Positions 57,401 to 64,000 of a stretch of DNA of 64,000 bases are shown here, in pieces (position 1 is the stretch's first letter; each line of letters begins with the position of its first letter). This DNA comes from Leidyana gryllorum EB-2025a. Its lineage: Eukaryota > Protista > Apicomplexa. The stretch covers positions 186,001 to 250,000 of the forward strand of contig JBLWGC010000230.1 of the NCBI GenBank assembly GCA_048772705.1. Direction: 5' to 3'. The position numbers were made by a program, and so were the translations under genes. Under the pieces are notes generated by a model. That model did no database searches, was not told where the DNA came from, and worked only from the letters and a program-made list of their open reading frames with translations.

Positions 57401-58741
57401 GGCAACAGTGGTGGTCGTCTTAGCAGCTCCTGGGGCAGCAGTGGTGGTCGTCTTAGCAGTTCCTGGGGCAGCAGTGGTGGTGGTCTTAGCAGCTCCTGGG
57501 GCAGCAGTGGTGGTGGTCTTAGCAGCTCCTGGGGCAGCACTGGTGGTGGTCTTAGCAGCTCCTGGGGCAGCAGTGGTGGTGGTCTTAGCAGCTCCTGGGG
57601 CAGCAGTGGTGGTGGTCTTAGCAGCTCCTGGGGCAACAGTGGTGGTGGTCTTAGCAGTTCCTGGGGCAGCAGTGGTGGTCGTCTTAGCAGCTCCTAGGGC
57701 AGCAGTGGTGGTCGTCTTAGCAGCTCCTGGGGCAGCACTGGTGGTGGTCTTAGCAGCTCCTGGGGCAGCAGTGGTGGTCGTCTTAGCAGCTCCTGGGGCA
57801 GCAGTGGTGGTGGTCAGTCTCGGATCGACCACCGGGGTAGTGGTGGTTCGGGTGGTAGTCGGCATGGTGGTGGTCGTGGTCGGTTCTTCAGTGGTGGTAG
57901 TGTCTTCGCACGATACAGTAGAGATTCGATTCATGATATCAATGACAACATCAGCCAAGTTCGCAGAGTTATCGCTAAGTTGGTGCACAAACCACTCCGG
58001 TTGTTTTAGCACATCGCGGTTAACCCATTGCCAGGCACCGAGTGCACCTTTATCGCGAGAGTCAGGTTTGATAAGAAAGATTACAGAAGTTTGCGTCTTG
58101 TCGAGCGCATCGGCTACCTGGATGTAAGAAGGATAGTCGAAGGAAGAGCAGAATTCATCAAATCTGTCCTGCCATATAGTCCCGGGGTTGGCGGGCAATT
58201 GCGGGACTTCATTCGGATGCTTAGCCATGTCTCCAGCCATATGGGGCGAAGCATCAGTAACAAGGACCACTATACGGGCAGCAGATTTGGTGGAGTCAAT
58301 TGCAGAGTCGGAAGCGAATGGCCTCCAGCCTACTCTTGCATCAAGTGCTACGTTGATGAGAGCTTGATAAGAGTCTTCGGGAAGATCACCTCCAGCAGAA
58401 GCATATAGTTGAGAATAAGCGGCGCGAAAGGCTGTGTTGTCATCGGCCAAGGGGCCAGCAAGTCTGTAACAATAGTCGTATTCTGGGTAGCCGAGCGGGA
58501 GGAAGGGCTTGTCCTTGAACTCAGCGACGCCAAAGCGACTGTACGGAAATAGTTTGTTGATAGAGTCGAATATGTCGAAAGCTTGATTAGTTACAATTTG
58601 GAGATCCTGTTCGAAAGTCTGAGTAGTGTCTTGTAAGAAGACGACGTCGATTCCCTGGCGGCAGTTTGCGCCATTGGCGTGATGCCACGACTCTGCCGTG
58701 ACGGTACCAAAAAGGAGGCCAACAAGAGAGATCTGACGCAT
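54461..58741 (-). CDS. Secreted VWA (integrin-beta I-like) domain protein with ~1000-aa Thr-rich repeat stalk and Cys-rich C-terminus
   Basis: Signal MRQISLVGLLFGTVTA. IDVVFLQDTTQTF..DL, RFGVAEFKDKP, AGGDLPEDSYQAL, GWR, RIVVLVTDASPHMAGD and DYPSYIQV follow the integrin-beta I-domain pattern. No TM. Confidence 0.9.
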   Translation of the reverse strand: MRQISLVGLLFGTVTAESWHHANGANCRQGIDVVFLQDTTQTFEQDLQIVTNQAFDIFDSINKLFPYSRFGVAEFKDKPFLPLGYPEYDYCYRLAGPLADDNTAFRAAYSQLYASAGGDLPEDSYQALINVALDARVGWRPFASDSAIDSTKSAARIVVLVTDASPHMAGDMAKHPNEVPQLPANPGTIWQDRFDEFCSSFDYPSYIQVADALDKTQTSVIFLIKPDSRDKGALGAWQWVNRDVLKQPEWFVHQLSDNSANLADVVIDIMNRISTVSCEDTTTTEEPTTTTTMPTTTRTTTTPVVDPRLTTTTAAPGAAKTTTTAAPGAAKTTTSAAPGAAKTTTTAALGAAKTTTTAAPGTAKTTTTVAPGAAKTTTTAAPGAAKTTTTAAPGAAKTTTSAAPGAAKTTTTAAPGAAKTTTTAAPGTAKTTTTAAPGAAKTTTTVAPGAAKTTTTVAPGAAKTTTTAAPGAAKTTTTAALGAAKTTTTAAPGTAKTTTTVAPGAAKTTTTAAPGAAKTTTTAAPGAAKTTTTAAPGAAKTTTTAAPGTAKTTTTAAPGAAKTTTTVAPGAAKTTTTVAPGAAKTTTTAAPGAAKTTTTAAPGAAKTTTTAAPGAAKTTTTVAPGAAKTTTTAAPGAAKTTTTAAPGAAKTTTTAAPGAAKTTTTAAPGAAKTTTTVAPGAAKTTTTAAPGAAKTTTTVAPGAAKTTTTVAPGAAKTTTTAAPGAAKTTTTAAPGAAKTTTTAAPGAAKTTTSAAPGAAKTTTTAAPGAAKTTTTVAPGAARTTTTAAPGAAKTTTTAAPGAAKTTTTVAPGAAKTTTTVAPGAAKTTTTVAPGAAKTTTTAAPGAAKTTTTAALGAAKTTTTAAPGTAKTTTTVAPGAAKTTTTAAPGAAKTTTTAAPGAAKTTTSAAPGAAKTTTTAAPGAAKTTTTAALGAAKTTTTAAPGTAKTTTTAAPGAAKTTTTAAPGTAKTTTTVAPGAAKTTTTAAPGAAKTTTTAPGAAKTTTTAAPGAAKTTTTAAPGAAKTTTTVAPGAAKTTTTVAPGAAKTTTTAAPGAAKTTTSAAPGAAKTTTTAAPGAAKTTTTAAPGAAKTTTTVAPGAAKTTTTAAPGAAKTTTTAAPGAAKTTTTAAPGAAKTTTTVAPGAAKTTTTVAPGAAKTTTTVAPGAAKTTTTVAPGAAKTTTTVAPGAAKTTTTAAPGAAKTTTTAAPGAAKTTTTAAPGAAKTTTSAAPGAAKTTTSAAPGAAKTTTTSAAPGTAKTTTTAAPGAAKTTTTAAPGAAKTTTTAAPGAAKTTTTAAPGAAKTTTTAAPGAAKTTTSAAPGTAKTTTTVAPGAARTTTTAAPGAAKTTTTVPATMNTRTTAVSPGTGRTTTVEVGSIKQPTVSASDKECVPAPNCVPGGAGCCGSVVDNQIVVNVPKGSERVEIALPAH
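54702..57815 (-). repeat. Coding minisatellite, ~94 copies of 33 bp encoding KTTTT(A/V)APG(A/T)A
   Basis: Unit gtggtggt(g/c)gtcttagcag(c/t)tcctggggca(g/a)ca in a contiguous array without spacers. Confidence 0.97.
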
Positions 58742-59021
58742 TGGATAAGCAAAAAGAGGAGAGGAGAGGAGAGGAGAGAAGGTGAGGGGGTGAGAGTTAA
58801 GTGACAAGGGTACAGAAGAAAAAGCCCTGCTGGGGGGGAAACGCCGTCTCCGTCTCCTTCGCACACCAAATCGTCCCGTCACACCCACACATCCTCAACG
58901 GAGTGTGACGCGGCACACGACCACTCAGTGGCACCGCCTTTTTTTCTTAAAGCACAGTGGTGCATATCAGCTGCTGTGTAGAAGTGCCGGTGGGCCGCAT
59001 TTTCAGTCTTCTGGAGGCACG

Positions 59022-59857
59022 ATGGCCGTGAATCTTCCAGCAAGCATTCCGGCTGATAGCTGTTTGATTGTTGCACTACGTCACGGTCAAACCGACTGGA
59101 ACCTTGAGGGCAGAATCCAAGGGCAGCTGGACATAGATCTGAATTCGACTGGAGAAAAGCAATGCGAGGCAGGAGCGGAGGCTTTGAAGGTGTTGGGATT
59201 CTCGGCAGACAGTTTTGCAGCTGTGTTCAGCAGTCCACTGAAGCGTGCCACCCGCTCGGCTGAGGTGGTGGTGCGCAAGTTGAATATTGATCATCCAATC
59301 CAAGTCCACCCGGGACTGCGCGAATGGCACGCGGGATCGCTTCAGGGAAAGCTCACAGAGGATATCCAGTCCGATATGCCACAAGTCTTCCAGCATTGGG
59401 CTGGACGAATGGACATCGACTATGATTTTGTGGGTGGTGAGTCGATCCGAAAGCGGTAAGTGTGGAGAAGCTGTCTGTTCGTGTATACTTTGGACACAGA
59501 GCTGCTCGAATGGAGGCAGCAATCAAAGAGATTGCGCGTGCGTATAAGGGCAAAGCGGTACTGGTGGTTACGCATGCCGGTGTGCTGAGTGACCTGTTCA
59601 GACTGTCCAGGTGAGAGTATGCGGCATCTCTTTGCTTCACAATGTGTGAGGACAGTGGGCTGAGTCTGGCCGGGTTGTTGGCGGTGCCCAAGGAGAACGG
59701 TGGCATTCACATTTTCCAATATTCAGCACCTGAGGGAGCCGAGGAGTCGATCAATTGTCTGTATTGGGCTGGATACGATCTCGACCAGTTAGTCAATCAG
59801 CCTCTTCTTCAGCTTACAGAACAGGAAAGGAAAGGCGGGGGGCTGGATATAGTGTGA
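59022..59857 (+). CDS. Histidine phosphatase / phosphoglycerate mutase family protein; 2 introns
   Basis: LRHGQTDWN, LNSTGEKQ, SSPLKRA, GGES and VLVVTHAG. Confidence 0.9.
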
Positions 59858-59872
59858 ACCAAAAACAAGAGC

Positions 59873-62800
59873 TCATCCTATCCTAGCTGACATTGTGATT
59901 CGCTCGAGTGCCGCCTGCTGACGGTCAGATGAAGTAGTCTTGAGAGCTCCCCTCGACCCTCCATCTACATTCATTCGCGGAAGGGCCGCAGCGTCTGATA
60001 ATACTTCCCGAAATGAATGAAGAGAACATTCCACCTCACCGTTCTCATATGATCGAAGAATCTCCATCAACCGATCATGGGAGGCCTGGTCGAGGTTCAG
60101 CAACCCCTCAGCCACCGCGTTGACAGACTCCTTACAAAAGTCCGATACGCTCTCTCTCAGGTACTGAGTTCTGAGTGAATGCAACCGGCGAGAGATCTCC
60201 TGTATGCTATGACATGCCCACTGGACAAACTGTTGAGAATTCTCCACGCCTGAGGTGACAAGTGGACATTCAACCCACACCCACACACACAACACTTACT
60301 GTGCCCAGACTCTGAAGCCCATCTGTATATGAGTTTTTGCGCTTGTGCCAATGTCAACTTGGGGTTGTGTTTCACTGCTTCGTTACGCAAATTGAAGAGG
60401 ATCAATTGCCGTCTCAGTCGCCAATAGAAAAACTGCCTCGCCTTATCCCATCCAACCACATCGTGTATCGCGTGCTTCTTCTTCATCCGTACGGGTGTGT
60501 CATGCAAATCGGCAAAATGCACAGCCACCTGACAGTGACGCATCACACCCCACTCGATCTCCCACCTCCGTCCACTCACCTGTTTGAAAATGGGTAACAA
60601 CTCTGTCAGCCGGGCGTCCTTTCGCTCTTTCAGCGCTTGTCGGCGCCCGTCATCCAAGGGTACTCCCTCATCGGCCAGTTTCGCGTCCTCTCGGGTGAGA
60701 CGTCGCAACTCGGGGTCGCTACGTGTAGCAGCCTCACGGAGGGCCTTCTCTCTGAACTTAATCTCCACCGTTCCACTCGGCTCCAGGACACCTCCGCGCG
60801 AATCGGGATCGGCGAACATTTCCATAAAGTCAGAGTTGATCCGCGGATCAACCACGACCCAAGCTCCACCTCTCAGCTCCGCTTTCGGTGGTATGTATAC
60901 GAAACACGGCTGTTTAAAGTCAACGAGTGCATCAACAATCATTGACCCAAACTTGAGTACTTCGTAAAACATATCACGTTGCCCTCCACTGAAGCCTCGC
61001 CAGTTAGCGAAGATTATTAATGGAATCTCCTCCCGATTGAAGTCGTTGATGGCTTGAGCAGTTTTATAGGCGGATTCTGGGAACCACACCTGACCGGCTC
61101 TGTTGAACTTCACCTCGGAGGTGAGGGGCATTGCGGGATCGGCAGGAAGAACCATCTCTGTAACCCGTGTCTCCACACTAATCACTCCCACAGGGATACC
61201 ACCCAGACGGCCTCGTCCGACGATAACACTCTTGGCCCATTCAGCCATCACTTCCTTGAAAGACCCGCGGTCAAGAATTCCACCAAGCCACGTTCCGTTC
61301 TGGTCACAACACCCAGTGAGCATCAGTCGTGGATCTTCAGTACTGCTGCTTGGACGATACTCCACTCTCCGACTGATCGGATCAGAGGGGTCGATCATGA
61401 CTGGAAGAGGACCCTCCCGATGCTCCGGCACGAAGCTCAGCCACTCAAGAATCCGTTCGCAGCCTTCCAGATCTGATTCCACGATAAGATGTGACACTCC
61501 GTTACAGTGCATCACGTCTATGCCTCCGATCTCGTCGTTGGATGTGTAGACCTGTCTGCCTATCAGTCGGTTGAGCGGCTGATAGCCCGTCAACAAGATT
61601 GGGGCTCCTGTGGACTTTTGGATTACGCGATGGCCCAGACGTGTGAGGTAAGCGCCGATACCCACAGTACGCCCAGTTACATATGTCAGAGTCATATTCG
61701 ATTGGTACGCACGAGAGGTTTCCCCAGCGATCGCTCCACTCCCACAGAGGTTTTCAACTCCCAATCCAATTTGATTCCCAATGATGTCCAGGATTTTATA
61801 CACCTTACCCTCGGTGGGGTGAGGTACGGCCTCTGCGACCACAGAGTCGGTAGAATGGAGCCTTCTGTAATCTTGTTCAGTCAAATAGAGGTATTTGAAG
61901 CCTCTGAAGCGAGAGAAAATGAGAGCGCTGCGACCCGTACTTACTTGGTGGGATTCTCTGGATCGATCCACTCAACTTTGAATGCACTCTGAACTTCGGT
62001 GGCGAGCCCCATACGCGCCCCGGAGTTGACAGCTATATATACTCGTGGAATTCCCTGGAGGCGTGCGAGTTCGGACGCTCGCTGGAAGAGTAAGTCCTCC
62101 TGGACCCCAAATGTCCCCATCAAATAAGTAACATCATTCCCTATGAGGACGATGCGCCGACCTTTTGGGAACTCTGGAGTTCGCAGTAATACTCTCCAGG
62201 CGACCTGTGGTGAATCAATAATTGGAGAACTCTCTGCTCTCACCCGTAGACTCACCATTCCGCATTCGTTTTGGCCGGGACCGCGAATGATCTCAACAAA
62301 GTCTCCATTTTTATTCAGCGCGAGTTCGACTGCCTCCACTACGCTGTCTGGAACGAGCGTAGTGGTGTTGGGAAGAAGAGATAGTTGTTCAGCATCACGA
62401 TCCAAGCGCGTGCGAACAGGAACCTCTTCTCGCTGATCTTCTCCAGCGCCGAATAAGTATTTTGGACAGGTCCTCCACAGATTGCGGACCGCAACCTCCA
62501 ATAGATCCTGCGACATCCGCAGTGTGAGAGAGCGCATTTTGAAGGTGACTTACAATAAAGTCATATATATACAACGTTTGTAGAGCCGCTGCCTGTGCTC
62601 GTTTGGATTCTAACGGGCCCGCCCATGGATGAGGAGTGTCCACAGGTTTTCCGTCGTAGTCGTTCAAGTCTCTCGACTCCCTCGAAGACTGGTTGGGGTC
62701 ACCGACGACCGGGATCGGTGTGGGATCTCCCGGCTTCTTGGCCGCAGTTTGTGGAGGTGGACCACTCATGGGAGACGGCAAGGGTAAGCCGGGAGCAATA

Positions 62801-64000
62801 GGTTTGTTAAAGTCAGCAGTGCTCGAGGTAGACGACTTGAGAACGAGGGTGGACAGAGAGTCACGCGAGTCGAGGGCGGCGAAGACTCTTTCCCCTGTTG
62901 AAGGGTTCTGAATCTCCACAAATCGTCGAGATCGTAGAGTTTGGCCAGTTGGGTTGTCCAGAATTATACGATATGGATATACACCTTCGGTAAGACTCGG
63001 TGATGTCTGCATGCCAAGTATCTGCCATCCTCGTGTTTTGAACCGGATCTCAATTACACTCGCGCCGAGCTTCTGGATACGTTTACTGTACCGTTCATAG
63101 AGTTCGCGGGCAATCTGATCTGCTGCACTCGGGGTGAGCTTCATGACATCAGTCATTTGCGAGGAGATCTCGGTCGGAGCGCCCACACTCGGGCTAGCCT
63201 TGGTGGCCGTTCCTGGGCAAACCATCAACCTCTTTGGGTTGGCAGCCTCTTGCGGAATGTAAACCACTGTCATCAGGATGTGATGATTGGCGATAGGCCG
63301 CGAAGTGGAAGTAGGCCCCTCGCGCAGAGACAACTCCAACGCGTTCAAACCGTTGACAAAGCATCTGCCGGCAAAAGTAGAGAGGCACGCTGACACAACG
63401 AGAGCTCACCTTTCTTGCTCGAATAGCCCGATTTCTGACGTCGGAGGCTCTGTCAAGTTGGTGCAGATCCGCACGAAGAAGCGAGCAGTCGGTTTTTCGG
63501 ACTTCATTCGTTGTTTCGGAATCGCTTCAAAGAGATGTACGTTGGGGGCGCTGGTAGGATGTTTGGTGACGTAAAAGTTCCTCAGTCTGCGTAATTCCAG
63601 ATACTGAAATAAAGGAATCTCGCAATGCCGCAACAGAGGCTCCTCTACGTATTCAGCCTTCTCGTCTGGTGCGACTGTCGATATGGCACCGACACGAGCC
63701 GAAGTCCCGAGGCTGTCTGTAGTGAGACGGCCGGGAGTATTGTTGTCCAACAAGTCCGTTGTCAAGTTATTGTACGGCAGCGACTTGACGTTCCTGAGAC
63801 AGCCGACGATAGCTCGATGGGCGGGAATTGTGTGTGAGCTCACCTAAAGTAAAAGCACTTCAATCCCGAGACTTCCAGCGGCAGAAAGTCGAATCCACGC
63901 ATTGAAGATCTGCTTGAAGTCCCCCGTCGGCCAACTTGCAGTGTCGCAGACACTGGCAACTCGGCAGTGGTGACAGAATGGTCGGCTCCAAGGAACGCGA
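59873..64000 (-). CDS. ACC: Multidomain eukaryotic acetyl-CoA carboxylase, central and carboxyltransferase region (5' beyond window)
   Basis: GNDVTYLMGTFG, NSGARMGLA, GLGVENLCGSGAIAGETS, GRTVGIGAYL, RAGQVWFP, ANWRGFSGGQRDM, ELRGGAWVVVD and FADLHDTP. Confidence 0.96.

Noticed and set aside
54702-57815. 33-bp array as a CRISPR array
   Set aside because: Units are contiguous with no unique spacers, there are no cas genes, and the array lies in frame within a eukaryotic CDS.
54431-58127. Long antisense/alternative-frame ORFs (VVVVLAAPGAA, GSSGGGLSSSW, PQELLRPPPLL)
   Set aside because: These are by-products of a 33-bp unit that lacks stops in several frames. Only the minus frame connects to a signal peptide and VWA domain.
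58742-58888. N-terminal extension of the 1475-aa ORF
   Set aside because: It begins at a non-ATG codon and crosses a pyrimidine tract. The ATG at 58741 directly precedes a signal peptide.
1-64000. Prokaryotic operon or frameshift/pseudogene reading of the fragmented ORFs
   Set aside because: The breaks examined are explained by canonical GT-AG introns that restore conserved motifs.
12081-64000. DGAT1 and ACC as a lipid gene cluster
   Set aside because: They are 45 kb apart with over 20 unrelated genes between them.

Overview
Eukaryotic, very gene-dense DNA with short GT-AG introns (mostly ~35-60 bp). A CPW-WPC protein, the TGCATGCA motif and a secreted VWA protein suggest an apicomplexan, probably gregarine-like; this is inference. 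About 31 protein-coding genes can be reconstructed by eye. In order: mtHSP70 (3' end), a 1076-aa unknown, ANP32, a golgin-84/CASP-like and a GRIP golgin flanking KIN17, DGAT1, TMCO1, CPW-WPC, PMCA and SNIP1. Next comes a secretory block (5-TM ankyrin protein, subtilisin, PSI-like protein, M14 carboxypeptidase, mucin). Then PCF11-like, KAE1, DUF4517-like, a PPR protein, a pseudo-DSP/PUB protein, RPL9, RING1-like, RanBP1, a VWA protein with ~94 x 33-bp repeats, a His-phosphatase and ACC (3' part). I recognised no tRNA, rRNA, CRISPR array or transposon. Most notable are head-to-head gene pairs with start codons only 14-70 bp apart, a DSP-like pseudophosphatase fused to a PUB domain, a Zn-ribbon ORF inside a long PMCA intron, a structured RNA candidate in a long KAE1 intron, and a prominin/tweety-like ankyrin protein. 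All exon boundaries and family assignments are manual; no database search was run.
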